A stretch of DNA of 64,000 nucleotides. It comes from Alteromonas sp. KUL49. Its GTDB lineage: Bacteria > Pseudomonadota > Gammaproteobacteria > Enterobacterales > Alteromonadaceae. The DNA lies in the NCBI RefSeq assembly GCF_006538345.1, contig NZ_BJKL01000006.1, positions 127,095 to 191,094 of the forward strand. Direction: 5' to 3'. The notes beneath the pieces were generated by a model, which saw only the letters and a list, made by a program, of their open reading frames with translations, was not told the origin of the DNA and searched no databases. This document shows, one piece after another, positions 1-10,484 of the stretch. Numbering within the stretch: position 1 is the stretch's first letter; every line of letters starts with the position of its first letter. Made by a program: the position numbers and the translations under genes.

Positions 1-509
1 AAATGGGCAAACACCCCCCCCTTGTCTATATCTGCAATAATAATGACTGGGCAATCAGCGGCTTCAGCAAAACCCATATTGGCAATGTCTCGATCTCGTA
101 GATTGATTTCGGCAGGGCTGCCCGCCCCCTCAACTAACACAACATCGTATGCCGATTGCAATCGAGTGAAAGACGACATTACTGCCGACATCGCTTGGGT
201 TTTATATTCGTGATAAGGCTTGGCTTGCATATCACCAACAGACTTACCATGAACAATCACTTGTGCCCCCGTGTCTGAACTGGGCTTGAGCAATATGGGA
301 TTCATATCGACATGGGGCTCTATACCCGCTGCCTGTGCTTGTACTGCTTGGGCACGACCTATCTCTCCACCTTCAGCAGTCACCGCACTGTTCAGCGCCA
401 TATTTTGCGGTTTGAATGGAGCGACTTTCACTCCTTGTTGCAATAGGCATCGACACAAGCCTGCGACAAGGGTACTTTTTCCCGCATCTGAGGTAGTGCC
501 TTGCACCAT
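1..509 (-). CDS. cobQ: Cobyric acid synthase CobQ/CbiP, N-terminal part; the gene continues beyond the window start
   Basis: The reverse-complement translation from the ATG at 507-509 reads [44 protein letters not shown]..., matching the CobQ N-terminal ATPase domain. It is absent from the ORF track because it is truncated at the edge. Confidence 0.75.
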   Translation of the reverse strand, partial: MVQGTTSDAGKSTLVAGLCRCLLQQGVKVAPFKPQNMALNSAVTAEGGEIGRAQAVQAQAAGIEPHVDMNPILLKPSSDTGAQVIVHGKSVGDMQAKPYHEYKTQAMSAVMSSFTRLQSAYDVVLVEGAGSPAEINLRDRDIANMGFAEAADCPVIIIADIDKGGVFAH

Positions 510-522
510 GAGTTTAGTCACT

Positions 523-1173
523 TCAATTCCCCATCGACTGATGTTGTAGTTCGCTTGCGGTTAGGCCAATAAATTTTATTTGCGGCACGGCACCAGCAAA
601 GCGAGCAATTTGTATTCGAGTAACGCTGGCATAACGAATATCTAGCTGCCGATATAGCTTTTGACTACGCCAATCAAGCCCAAGAATAAAGGCGAGGATC
701 TGGCGAATGACGCCACCATGACAAATCACAGCGATGTGTCCAGAGGTATGGGTTGCGGTAATGTAATCCCACCCTCGGGTAACACGGTCATAAAGTGCAT
801 CTACGGTTTCCCCTTGTGGTGGCGGGTTTTCAAAAGGTGAATAGAAAAACTGCTCAACGGCTTTCCACTCAGCGCCCATACTCTCAAAGGGTACGCCATC
901 CCACTCACCAAAATGGCATTCTTTTATTTCCTCAAGCTGGTCTACGGCTACGCCTCTTTGTTTCGCCAGTTCGAGAGCGCTATTACTACATCGTTTTAGC
1001 GGTGAAGTAACAACATGAGTGATCGCAGGAAGCCAAGTCAGCACATTGCTTACCGCACTATCACCTGCTTCACTTAGCTCGATGTCTGTTAGCCCGTATA
1101 ATGCCGCAGGACCATCTACCGCACCGTGACGAACTAAGTCGAAGGTAGTGACATTGGATGAATCAGGGAGCAT
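523..1173 (-). CDS. cobC: Histidine-phosphatase family protein, probably alpha-ribazole-5'-phosphate phosphatase
   Basis: It has the LVRHG phosphoglycerate-mutase-like motif and sits between cobQ and cobU in a cob operon. Confidence 0.65.
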   Translation of the reverse strand: MLPDSSNVTTFDLVRHGAVDGPAALYGLTDIELSEAGDSAVSNVLTWLPAITHVVTSPLKRCSNSALELAKQRGVAVDQLEEIKECHFGEWDGVPFESMGAEWKAVEQFFYSPFENPPPQGETVDALYDRVTRGWDYITATHTSGHIAVICHGGVIRQILAFILGLDWRSQKLYRQLDIRYASVTRIQIARFAGAVPQIKFIGLTASELQHQSMGN

Positions 1174-1174
1174 A

Positions 1175-1714
1175 TTACGCTGTCTCTTGAGGTTTCATGG
1201 TCAAAGGTAAACCGGCTGCCATAAAAGTCACCCGAGTCGATACCTTTGCCACTGCCTGATTTAACCAACCTGCCAAATCAACAAAGCGGCGACTAATGTC
1301 TCCCATAGGAATAACACCAAGCCCTACCTCATTGGCGACCAATACCACATTGCCTTTGCAATGGGTCAGTGCATGACACAGCTGTTCGAAAAGCACATCA
1401 AAATCTTGTTCGGGATAATAATGCAGCTGATTGTTGAGCCACAGGGTGAGACAATCCACCAGGATAACTTGGGAGTCACTGCATGAAGCGAGCTGTGAAA
1501 CTAGGTCAAGAGGCACCTCTTTCACACACCAATCTTCGGGACGATTATTCTTGTGATGGGCTATTCGCTTATCCATCTCATCATCAATATTCTCTGCTGT
1601 CGCTATGTAAATCACGGAAGATGTGTTGTGGCCGCTCAATTGCTCAACCATTTGCTGAGCGTAAGCAGATTTACCCGACCGCGCACCACCAATCACAAAA
1701 TGAATCATGCTCAA
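1175..1714 (-). CDS. cobU: Adenosylcobinamide kinase / adenosylcobinamide-phosphate guanylyltransferase
   Basis: MIHFVIGGARSGKS P-loop at the N-terminus and CobU/CobP-like length (179 aa). Confidence 0.85.
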   Translation of the reverse strand: MSMIHFVIGGARSGKSAYAQQMVEQLSGHNTSSVIYIATAENIDDEMDKRIAHHKNNRPEDWCVKEVPLDLVSQLASCSDSQVILVDCLTLWLNNQLHYYPEQDFDVLFEQLCHALTHCKGNVVLVANEVGLGVIPMGDISRRFVDLAGWLNQAVAKVSTRVTFMAAGLPLTMKPQETA

Positions 1715-1720
1715 GCTCCC

Positions 1721-2487
1721 TCAACTATTAGCCAGCAACACGGTATAAATAGCTATTTCTTGCACTTGCTGCGCGGCGCCTAGGGTATCTCCGGTAAATC
1801 CCTCGATATGACGTTTCATAAAGCTGTTCAAAACAAAAAAAGCACACCACACACTAAGGCAATAGCAATGCACTCCCACAATGACAACCAAACAATACAG
1901 ATACCAGCGGTAGCAAAAAGCACCAGCCAATCTTGAGATTGCATTGGCCAAGCAACAGGACCACTTTTGCTACTTTGTGAACTAGACACATAAGGTAAAG
2001 TCCCAATATGAAGCAGCGCAAAAGCTCTAGACACGGCATACGCGGTTAAAAGAGCAATAGGCAAACGCTGTGCTTCGATGAGAGCTTCAAAGGCCGCAAA
2101 CTTTGCCAGCAATACTAATCCTATCGCTAAGGTCCCGTAAGTCCCTAAACGACTGTCTTTCATAATGGCTAGCTTATGCACTTTGTCCTGTCCGCCGCCG
2201 AAAGCATCGGCAACGTCTGCAAGGCCATCTTCATGGAGAGCACCGGTAAGCAGAACGCTTACTGTCATCAGCAAAACTACAACAACACTGCTGGGTAAGA
2301 AGGGAGAAAGAAACGTGTACAGGCCGATTAACAGGACAGCGAGCAACAATCCTGTCACCGCAAAGTAGCGTCGAGACTGGGCCATTTCCTCATCGCTATA
2401 CTTGGCCCATTGGAATACGGGAATACGAGTAAAGAAACCCAAGTTGAGCAAAACTAAATTAACGTGTTTTCTCATGTTCCCTGTCAT
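1721..2487 (-). CDS. cobS: Adenosylcobinamide-GDP ribazoletransferase (cobalamin synthase); apparent frameshift in a T7/A7 run at 1835-1841
   Basis: ORF 1828..2487 carries the CobS body (HEDGLADVADAFGG). The conserved C-terminal TGDTLGAA motif lies in ORF 1721..1951 in another frame. Adding one T to the homopolymer gives a continuous ...ALVCGVLFFVLNSFMKRHIEGFTGDTLGAAQQ... Confidence 0.8.
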
Positions 2488-2490
2488 TGT

Positions 2491-3570
2491 CTAAAGCACA
2501 ACCTGCGCACTTTCAAAGGTGGCCATGTCGTTGTAAAACGCTGCCGCCGCTCGTAACAATGGTATAGCGAGAGCGCAACCAGTACCTTCTCCCAATCGCA
2601 TCTCTAAATTCAACAACGGCTGTGCATCTAATACCTGCATTACCTTTTCATGTGCTTTCTCTGCACTGGCATGACAGAACACCATAAAGTCTCGCACTTC
2701 CGGCTTCAACTTAACTGCGACGAGTGCTGCCACAGAGCAAATGAAACCATCAACAAGGATCAGCTTTTTCTCACTTGCACAGGCCAACATAGCGCCCACC
2801 ATATGGGCAATTTCAAAACCACCTAGTTCTTGCAAGACAATCAGTGGCGATGCAGTAGCACCTTGTATGCGAGACAGTGCTTGTTGAACAAGCTGTTGTT
2901 TAACAAATAGTTGGTCATGGTTTATCCCAGTACCTAAACCAACGGATTCGTTAACAGGCATGTCACTAAGCGCGGCAAGTATAGCTGATGCACTGCTTGT
3001 ATTGCCTATACCCATCTCGCCAAACCCCATCACATTTGTCCCTTGTGAAAGTTCAGCAAAAGCCAAGGCAGCCCCCTGAGATATAGCCGCTTCAACCTGA
3101 CCAAGGGACATCGCTGGTTCAACAGAGAAGTCTTTAGTGCCCGCCCCCATTCGTGAAACGACAAAGTTGTCGCTGTCAGACGTTATTGGTTCAATAACGC
3201 CACAATCTACGACTTTCAAACGAACGTCGTTTGCTGAACAAAAACAGTTGATAGCCGCCCCACCGGCTAAAAAATTATGAACCATTTGCTCGGTGACGGC
3301 TTGTGGCGCAATACTTACCCCGTGGACAGCAACACCATGGTCGGCGGCAAATACCATAATAGTTGGCGATGTCACCTCGAGTTCAACAAACTCACCATGC
3401 AGTTCACACTGCACATTCGCCATTTGTCTCGCTAGCGTTTCTAATTGCCCGAGCGCTCCAGGCGGTTTGGTTTTGTTATCAATCTTTAAACGAATATCCT
3501 TGTCAAAACCATAAGACAAAGGAGTAACTGCGTCGAAAATAGAAGAAAGCGTAGACATGTATAAACTCAT
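2491..3570 (-). CDS. cobT: Nicotinate-nucleotide--dimethylbenzimidazole phosphoribosyltransferase
   Basis: 359 aa with a CobT-like sequence (…PPGALGQLE…GIGNT…) in a cob operon context. Confidence 0.9.
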   Translation of the reverse strand: MSLYMSTLSSIFDAVTPLSYGFDKDIRLKIDNKTKPPGALGQLETLARQMANVQCELHGEFVELEVTSPTIMVFAADHGVAVHGVSIAPQAVTEQMVHNFLAGGAAINCFCSANDVRLKVVDCGVIEPITSDSDNFVVSRMGAGTKDFSVEPAMSLGQVEAAISQGAALAFAELSQGTNVMGFGEMGIGNTSSASAILAALSDMPVNESVGLGTGINHDQLFVKQQLVQQALSRIQGATASPLIVLQELGGFEIAHMVGAMLACASEKKLILVDGFICSVAALVAVKLKPEVRDFMVFCHASAEKAHEKVMQVLDAQPLLNLEMRLGEGTGCALAIPLLRAAAAFYNDMATFESAQVVL

Positions 3571-4575
3571 TTATGTTTTGCGCATAGCAAGCAGAAAAAA
3601 CACGCTACCAATGGCAGACGTAATGATACCAATAGGAATTTCTTGGTTTGGAACGGCGGCGCGAGCAATAACATCAACCCATACCATAAAAATACCACCT
3701 AACAACACACAGCCAAGCATGAGCCTTCTGCTAGTGACGCCAAACCAACGACGCACAATATGGGGAATCATTAACCCAACAAAACCGATGCCACCACAGT
3801 AAGCAACGACCACAGCCGTCAGCAAAGCACACACAACAAGGCAGAGCATTCTGAGTTGCTGCACATTAACACCCAACGTCAGAGCGCTTTCATCTCCGAG
3901 TAACAAGGCGTCTAATCTGGGGCCAAGCAGCATCAGCAAGACTGTGCAAACCATTACGATGCCCAATAACCCCCACATATACGCCGTATCCACTCGCGAC
4001 AAGCTTCCCATTAACCAAAAAATCACTTGATTGGTTGCATAAGGGTCACCGATAAAGAGTAGAAAATGAGTTAAAGCGCTGAGCATAAATGACACCGCAA
4101 TCCCTGCCAGCAACATGTGTTCAATTCGTCCTCCGAGTGAAGAACTAGCAATGCTTCTGACTAAAAGCACTGCAAGCAAAGACCCCGTAAAAGCGAACAT
4201 AGGAAGCAAAAACGGCTTAATTTCTGGCGGTATTGGGGCAGCTAAAAAGGTCTCATTAGCAAAAAGTAAGCTCGCGATACTGGCACCAAACCCTGCACCA
4301 GATACCACACCGAAGAGATACGGATCGGCTAAACTGTTTCGCGTCACGTTTTGAAGTGTGGCACCCGATATGGCCAGAGCACTACCGACTAAGAACCCCA
4401 CCATGACTCTTGGAAACCGAATATCCCAGAATATACTTTCGCTCACCACGCTACTGCATTGTTCGACCAAGCAACCGGTAATGTCTTGTACTGAAAGACT
4501 GGCAGCACCAAAAAATAAACTGCCTATTGGAGCAGCCATGGCCAATACCACTAAGAGGATCCATTTGAACTTCAC
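3571..4575 (-). CDS. btuC: FecCD-family ABC transporter permease, probably for cobalamin/cobinamide
   Basis: 334 aa polytopic membrane protein with a FecCD/BtuC-like sequence. It overlaps the next gene's start, and the operon lies under a B12 riboswitch. Confidence 0.8.
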   Translation of the reverse strand: MKFKWILLVVLAMAAPIGSLFFGAASLSVQDITGCLVEQCSSVVSESIFWDIRFPRVMVGFLVGSALAISGATLQNVTRNSLADPYLFGVVSGAGFGASIASLLFANETFLAAPIPPEIKPFLLPMFAFTGSLLAVLLVRSIASSSLGGRIEHMLLAGIAVSFMLSALTHFLLFIGDPYATNQVIFWLMGSLSRVDTAYMWGLLGIVMVCTVLLMLLGPRLDALLLGDESALTLGVNVQQLRMLCLVVCALLTAVVVAYCGGIGFVGLMIPHIVRRWFGVTSRRLMLGCVLLGGIFMVWVDVIARAAVPNQEIPIGIITSAIGSVFFLLAMRKT

Positions 4576-5408
4576 TGTAAAGTATCCTCTGAGCGGGACG
4601 AAGAATGCCCTTCTATACTAGGGTACAAATCGACTTTGATTCGTCCGTCTTTGGTACTGGTTCTAATATCGCTATCCACACTAAACACATGCTGGATGAG
4701 TTCATGCGTAATTTCAGTTTCTGGCGCACCTATTGCTCTGAGCTGTCCCCGTTGCAACACGCCAATGGTATCGCAATACTTACTCGCCAAATTCAAATCG
4801 TGAAGACTAATGACAATGGTTTTGCCCTGAGTTTTAGCCAGTGTTTTTAACAACCCCAATATTTGATGCTGGTAATATACGTCGAGATGATTTACGGGCT
4901 CGTCGAGCACGAGCAGTGAAGCTTGCTGCACTAACGCACGGCCTATTAAGCAACGTTGCTGCTCACCACCGGATAACGCACTAAAAGCCTGAGTTCGCTT
5001 GTGTTGCAACCCCACATAATCAAGGGCTTGAGACACACTTTTTTTATCATGTCGCGAATGGCGAGACAGCAGCGATTTATGAGGTAGGAGCCCCATTGCC
5101 ACTACCTGCTCCGTCGTTAAAGCAAATATAGGCGCATTAGTTTGATGCACTACGGCAAGCTTTTTTGCACGCTGCTGCGCTGATAGCCGTCGCAGTGACT
5201 CATCACGCCAAAACACATCGCCATCAAAATCTGTCAGCCCAGCAATAGCGTTGAGTAAACTAGACTTTCCTGCACCATTGGGGCCAAGCAATCCAAAAAT
5301 TTGCCCTTGGGCAACGTCAAAAGATACGCCACTGAGAATATGGTGTTTTTCTATATGATAATTAATGTTTTCAACGCGTAGCGCTGGCTTTAACACCATG
5401 AAATACAA
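4572..5408 (-). CDS. btuD: ABC transporter ATP-binding protein (BtuD/FecE type)
   Basis: Walker A GPNGAGKSSLL, signature LSGGEQQR and Walker B LLVLDEP. It is the first gene after the riboswitch. Confidence 0.8.
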   Translation of the reverse strand: MYFMVLKPALRVENINYHIEKHHILSGVSFDVAQGQIFGLLGPNGAGKSSLLNAIAGLTDFDGDVFWRDESLRRLSAQQRAKKLAVVHQTNAPIFALTTEQVVAMGLLPHKSLLSRHSRHDKKSVSQALDYVGLQHKRTQAFSALSGGEQQRCLIGRALVQQASLLVLDEPVNHLDVYYQHQILGLLKTLAKTQGKTIVISLHDLNLASKYCDTIGVLQRGQLRAIGAPETEITHELIQHVFSVDSDIRTSTKDGRIKVDLYPSIEGHSSSRSEDTLQ

Positions 5409-5439
5409 TCACTCTAAAAAAAGTGAGGAATACAACGCG

Positions 5440-5625
5440 CACAGAAACCAGCAACTGCTTTGCTAGCAAGCTGCCTAAAGGAGAATCTATGTTTCTATCG
5501 TGTTTTCCCGCACGAGAATACAAATTAGGTGGTTAGGCTGGTATCTGACTTGCCAACGAAACAGTGGCTTACAGTTGCGGGTACAGTTTTGGTTTTTCAC
5601 CAAATTCCCATTTAATTGCCTTTAA
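5440..5625 (-). promoter_or_regulatory. Cobalamin (AdoCbl) riboswitch in the leader of the btuD-btuC-cobTSUC-cobQ operon
   Basis: The minus-strand sequence reads ...GGTGAAAAACCAAAACTGTACCCGCAACTGTAAGCCACTGTTTCGTTGGCAAGTCAGATACCAGCC..., which contains the GGTGAAA..CC element and the B12 box GCCACTG. Boundaries are approximate. Confidence 0.75.
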
Positions 5626-5701
5626 AAACACAAAGACAAACCTGAACGCGGTTCGAGTGTATCAAGAGTGATGTGTACAAACCAGTGGTAATGATTCTTA
5701 A

Positions 5702-5923
5702 CTACGTTTGCTCTGATGCATCGGTCTTTCTGCTTGCGAATGCGATAGCTGCCGCAAAATATCCCAACCACGAGAACAAAATAACGATGACAAACCAAAA
5801 CACTTTGTCTGAAACGTCTCTTTCTGATTTGATAACCAAAACAAGCGGGACAAGATAGAGGAAAATAGCTATAGCAATGATTACCAGCGGAGAAACTAAA
5901 AAGCCAAGTATAGTTTCGTTCAT
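5702..5923 (-). CDS. Small two-TM membrane protein, resembling a PLD-nuclease N-terminal (PLDc_N) family member
   Basis: 73 aa and hydrophobic, with an ...FWFVIVILFSWLGYFAAAIAFASRK motif. Weak; it could be spurious. Confidence 0.35.
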   Translation of the reverse strand: MNETILGFLVSPLVIIAIAIFLYLVPLVLVIKSERDVSDKVFWFVIVILFSWLGYFAAAIAFASRKTDASEQT

Positions 5924-6111
5924 AAAAATACCTTTTTAAAAATAACAATCCATAGTGCTTCTAGAGTCTACTTTAACGCAAACCTTTCCTTGGACAAAAG
6001 CATATTGGACGAAATGTCATGCGATAGTCTCGTGTTTATCTTCATGAGTCGTTCTTTTTACGTTAACTTAAGAGTTAGCCCGCATATCTACAATTTGAAC
6101 AAGGACTCACC

Positions 6112-6987
6112 ATGTTTAATGGACTTTCAGCCTTTCCCATTACCCCATTCAAAAACGAAGCTATCGACTTCGATGCGTTTGAAAAAATTGTAGATAATTT
6201 AGTTGATGCGAAGGTAGATTCCATCTGTGCCATGGGGTCTACGGGTTTGTACCCCTATTTGAAACCCGACGAAATATTTCAAGTTGCTAAGAAAACGGTA
6301 GAAATTGCCAATGACGTTCCAGTAATGGCGGGAGTCGGTGCGCTTCGCACTGTGGATGTGCTGAAGAATGTTGAAGCGGCACAAAGGGCTGGCGTGAGCG
6401 CCGTGTTACTTGCCCCTGTGTCTTATCACCCGTTAAATGATCAAGAAGTCTTCTCTCTCTACGAAAAAGTTACTCAAGAACTATCTGTATCCCTATGTGT
6501 ATACGAGAATCCTAGAGTCACCCAGTTCACCTTCAGTGACGACCTCTATAAATCGATCACCCAACTCCCCAATGTTGGTGCTATCAAAATTCCAGGAATG
6601 CCTTTTGCCACGGACGAGGGCAATGCTCGGTTAGCCCAACTGAGAGCAATAGTTCCCTCAACTGTGGCTATAGGTGTGAGTGGGGACCAGTTTGGTGCTG
6701 CTGGCATGCAAGCAGGTTGCGATTTGTGGCTTTCAGTACTGGGAGGTTTGTTTCCACGCACAGTACAACGCCTAATAAGAGGTAGTGACATAGCGTCGCT
6801 TCAGCAAAAACTCACGCCTATGTGGCAATGTTTTGTTGAACATAAAGGGGGCTTACGAGTGATGGCAACGGCGGCAGCTATTCTAGGTTATAGCGAAAGT
6901 AATTGCTTACCTTCACCGCTATTACCAGTATCAGGTGAACACCGTGATGCCCTTGAGAAAATGTTAAATCTACTCGCGCTAGATTAG
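6112..6987 (+). CDS. Dihydrodipicolinate synthase / N-acetylneuraminate lyase family (class I aldolase) protein
   Basis: FPITPF...GSTGLYPYL... is a typical DapA-family N-terminus and the length is 291 aa. Confidence 0.8.
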   Translation: MFNGLSAFPITPFKNEAIDFDAFEKIVDNLVDAKVDSICAMGSTGLYPYLKPDEIFQVAKKTVEIANDVPVMAGVGALRTVDVLKNVEAAQRAGVSAVLLAPVSYHPLNDQEVFSLYEKVTQELSVSLCVYENPRVTQFTFSDDLYKSITQLPNVGAIKIPGMPFATDEGNARLAQLRAIVPSTVAIGVSGDQFGAAGMQAGCDLWLSVLGGLFPRTVQRLIRGSDIASLQQKLTPMWQCFVEHKGGLRVMATAAAILGYSESNCLPSPLLPVSGEHRDALEKMLNLLALD

Positions 6988-7001
6988 GAACATTAACAAA
7001 G

Positions 7002-8183
7002 ATGACCAACCCACTCGCCTCTCGGTATTTTGTTCAGTACATGTTTGCAGCTGTGCTGTCGCGTATATGCACCGGTGGGGCTATCATTGCTGTCATTTTG
7101 CTAGCCAAAGAGTACGGTGCCGACAGTAAACTTGCTGGCGCGCTGGCCGCATGCCTCACGGTGCCGCATTTGCTCGGGCCTTTTTACGGTAAGTGGTTAG
7201 ACACGGCGAAAAATCCTAACCTGATTTTGGCATTCTTTGCAGGACTCTACACAATAGCGTTTCAAGTTGCCATACAGTGTTTTCAGCACAACACCTTACT
7301 CGGTGTATTTGCTTCATTGTTAGTGTGTGGTGTATGTAGCGCCTTTATGATGGGTGGATTAGGGACGCAACTTATCTATATCATTCCGGATAACCTCAAC
7401 TATCGCCGCAAAGGACAGAGCTTCGACACCTTTACCTATGGTATTGGTCATACCCTTGGCCCATTGACAATAGCACTACTCATTACTCAGTTTTCAACAT
7501 CAATGAGCGCTACGATCCTCACATGTTTACCCGCGGTAGCGAGCGTATTTATTGTGTGCTTTCCAAAGCGCCATTCTGAACATGCGATATCACAAAAATC
7601 GACGCCTAATTTCAATGAGATCTGGCACACATTTCTTAGCTCATCGTCACTGAAAATCACGCTATTTATGACGTCAAGTGCCTCATTTGCCATTGCCGCA
7701 CTTCCCGTGTTAGCTGTCTACTTGAGTGAAGGTTGGAATCAGCCTGAGGAAAATGGCGCCTATCTCGCTACACTTTACGGCATCGGAGGGTTATGTGGTG
7801 CGCTATTATTGTTAGTGTCTCCGTTAAAAGGAGAGGCCTTGCAGCTGCTCAAGCGCATTGGAAGCCTATTGTTTCTAAGTATAGTGTTTCTTGCTATTTC
7901 CTGGAGCTTCCCACTAGGGCTTTCCGCCTATTGGGTCTGTGGACTCATCAACGCGTTATTCTTCGCATCGACCCTTGCTGCGCGTACTGAATACGCCCCA
8001 AAAGAGGGTGCTGCGCAAGTGTATATGTGGGTGGCCGCGGCGAAAGTGGGCGCGGGCGCATTAGGGGCATTCACCACGGGTATCCTGTTGGAATATCACG
8101 TTAATGCCCCACTAATGCTGTCGCTGAGTGTATTGGGAGGAATGTTGTTTCTCTGCTTCTATACCTCGATAGCCAAGAAATAA
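7002..8183 (+). CDS. MFS transporter
   Basis: 393 aa with about 12 predicted TM segments, immediately downstream of the DHDPS-family gene. Confidence 0.8.
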   Translation: MTNPLASRYFVQYMFAAVLSRICTGGAIIAVILLAKEYGADSKLAGALAACLTVPHLLGPFYGKWLDTAKNPNLILAFFAGLYTIAFQVAIQCFQHNTLLGVFASLLVCGVCSAFMMGGLGTQLIYIIPDNLNYRRKGQSFDTFTYGIGHTLGPLTIALLITQFSTSMSATILTCLPAVASVFIVCFPKRHSEHAISQKSTPNFNEIWHTFLSSSSLKITLFMTSSASFAIAALPVLAVYLSEGWNQPEENGAYLATLYGIGGLCGALLLLVSPLKGEALQLLKRIGSLLFLSIVFLAISWSFPLGLSAYWVCGLINALFFASTLAARTEYAPKEGAAQVYMWVAAAKVGAGALGAFTTGILLEYHVNAPLMLSLSVLGGMLFLCFYTSIAKK

Positions 8184-8190
8184 CTGTGTG

Positions 8191-9195
8191 TTACCACACA
8201 GCAACTTCGCTCCAATGCCCGGTCATTTTCAAATGCGGAGAAAACTCCTGAATTTCTCCTTGCATGGGAAGGTGATCTTCCAGTAGCGCCCAACGCTCCA
8301 CCGTAACACTTATCAAACGCTCAGCGCCTTTAAACCCTGTCACTTCAGCGCCTTCCCAAACAATCTCTGCTCGACCAGATAAATATAAGGCATTTGAGCC
8401 GGCAAAATCAGGAAAGAACAAGCCAACACGCCCATCGGCTTCGATGTTTCCAACAGTATTGAAAAACTTGTTACCACTGTAGTCAGGAAACACCAATTTA
8501 TTGGCACCCACTTTAACAAAGCCTGGCTTGCCACCGCGATGCGACACGTCAACACCGTGGCGTGCATCCTGCGTTAAGTCTTCAGAACGAGAAGCAATAA
8601 AAAAGGTGTCTGCTAGCTCAATAAACTCACGAGCCCGCTCACTCAGTAGATCGGGCCTCACCTCACTAGTATCAGGTGACACCAATAAGGGGATATCATC
8701 ACGCCACTGTAAATCTCTCACTTGGATGTACTTAGGGCAGTTGCCAAAACTTTGGTCTACTTCAAGCTCAAAGCCACCATCATCACGCTGACTCACCACA
8801 CCATTCATTCGATTACGACGTCGAGTAGACAATTGAATACCCAACACTCCTACTCTGTCGTTTTGCTCAAGACTCACCCCCAATGCTTTTGCCACTGGAG
8901 GCAGTGCATTGACAACCAAACGAGTCGATGATGGCGAATCTATAAATTGCTGATGTGATAGTCCCTTACCCTGATACGGGTCAAATACTGGCATCGCCCA
9001 AGGAAAGCCTTGTTCGTCAACAGCGCCAATGATCACATAGGGCAAATCACTAAAAAACGTCCTGTGTTGATCGGGCATGGCACGACGAATAAATCGGTCG
9101 TACATAGCCACTTGTTTTGTAATGCCCAATCGAGCATGAACAGCCTGCTCACCACCATGAAATGGCCACAATGACCCAGTGTCTTGCTTGTTCAT
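8191..9195 (-). CDS. Pyridoxamine-5'-phosphate-oxidase-like FMN-binding split-barrel protein
   Basis: Carries the DVSHRGGKPGFVKV motif typical of the PNPOx-like family. Confidence 0.55.
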   Translation of the reverse strand: MNKQDTGSLWPFHGGEQAVHARLGITKQVAMYDRFIRRAMPDQHRTFFSDLPYVIIGAVDEQGFPWAMPVFDPYQGKGLSHQQFIDSPSSTRLVVNALPPVAKALGVSLEQNDRVGVLGIQLSTRRRNRMNGVVSQRDDGGFELEVDQSFGNCPKYIQVRDLQWRDDIPLLVSPDTSEVRPDLLSERAREFIELADTFFIASRSEDLTQDARHGVDVSHRGGKPGFVKVGANKLVFPDYSGNKFFNTVGNIEADGRVGLFFPDFAGSNALYLSGRAEIVWEGAEVTGFKGAERLISVTVERWALLEDHLPMQGEIQEFSPHLKMTGHWSEVAVW

Positions 9196-9229
9196 AATGA
9201 TTCCTCTTACTCAAGACGTTATTAATAAT

Positions 9230-9868
9230 TTACGCTGCAATCGCTGAGCGTTGCATCCCAACAAAACGAGGGGGCGCTTCTACACGAGCTAGCCATGATC
9301 GAATAGCTGGATAAGACGCCAGACTGACTCCCCCCTCTTCAACGTGAGCAACGTAACTATAGGCAGCCACGTCGGCTACGGTAATTCGCTCATCTACAAG
9401 GAAGTCTCGTTGTGCTAGGTAGGGCTCGAAAATCGCAAAGAAACTATCAGTGCGTTGTTTTGCCGTATCATAATCAAGAGGCATCCCGAACAACTTCACA
9501 AGCCTTACTGCGCAAGGGCCGTTAAATATCTCTCCAGCAGCAACTGACAACCAACGCTGAACTTCAGCGGCGTGTTGGGGGGCAGTAGGTAGCCATTCGT
9601 ATCCATCGGAATAGCGGGTGGCGAGATACACCAAAATCGCATTGGCGTCTGACACGGTTACACCGTTATCTTCAATAACTGGCACTTGTCCAAACGGATT
9701 TTTAGCCAGAAACTCTGGGGCTTTATGGGCACCGTTCATCAGATCTACGTCAACAATCTCATGGGGTAAATCAAGTAAAGACAACATCAACTGTGCCCTG
9801 TGGGCATGACCCGACAGAGGGTGACGGTACAAAACAATCGGCTTTTCAGCGGTAAACTGGGTATTCAT
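9230..9868 (-). CDS. Glutathione S-transferase
   Basis: GST N-terminal thioredoxin-like fold (…LYRHPLSGHAHRAQLML…FGQVPVIEDNG) over 212 aa. Confidence 0.85.
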   Translation of the reverse strand: MNTQFTAEKPIVLYRHPLSGHAHRAQLMLSLLDLPHEIVDVDLMNGAHKAPEFLAKNPFGQVPVIEDNGVTVSDANAILVYLATRYSDGYEWLPTAPQHAAEVQRWLSVAAGEIFNGPCAVRLVKLFGMPLDYDTAKQRTDSFFAIFEPYLAQRDFLVDERITVADVAAYSYVAHVEEGGVSLASYPAIRSWLARVEAPPRFVGMQRSAIAA

Positions 9869-9900
9869 GGTTATCTCCTCTTTGGTTAAGGGGTTAGCGG

Positions 9901-10365
9901 TTAGAAGCCAAGCTCAGTTAGGCTTGCATAATCGTCAGGGCGTCGCCCTTGTGGCCAAAGCATCACTCGCTCACTTTCGGTAATAGTGTGTTCGTTGATG
10001 CTGGCGATACGTCGACGCATCAAACCATTCTCGTCAAATTCCCAGTTTTCGTTACCGTAGGCGCGGAACCACTGGCCAGAATCATCACGAAACTCATAGG
10101 CAAAACGCACGGCAATTCGGTTCTCTGTGAAGGCCCATAGCTCTTTTACCAAGCGATAGTCCAGTTCTCGCGTCCATTTGCGGGTCAAGAACTCACGGAT
10201 CTCTTGTCTACCGGTAATAAACTCGGCGCGGTTTCGCCATTGACTGTCTTCGGTGTATGCCATCGACACTCGCTCTGGGTCACGATGATTCCAAGCATCT
10301 TCTGCAAGTCGAACTTTCTGTGCTGCGGTGTCTTGTGTAAACGGTGGTAGTGGTGGACGTTGCAT
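9901..10365 (-). CDS. DUF1348 / SnoaL-like (NTF2 family) protein
   Basis: 154 aa with a ...[30 protein letters not shown]... pattern typical of DUF1348. Confidence 0.65.
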   Translation of the reverse strand: MQRPPLPPFTQDTAAQKVRLAEDAWNHRDPERVSMAYTEDSQWRNRAEFITGRQEIREFLTRKWTRELDYRLVKELWAFTENRIAVRFAYEFRDDSGQWFRAYGNENWEFDENGLMRRRIASINEHTITESERVMLWPQGRRPDDYASLTELGF

Positions 10366-10484
10366 GGTGTAGCTCCTTACTTGTTAGTGATGTAACCACT
10401 ATAGGAACTATCAACTGATAAATAATTAGCCAATTTTGAAATTTATTATTACGATATATGAAATAATAAACGGAGAGCCCGAGC

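Noticed and set aside
271-549. Plus-strand ORFs at 22-213 and 271-549 at the window start.
   Set aside because: They are antisense to the clearly coding cobQ N-terminus on the minus strand, so they are spurious.
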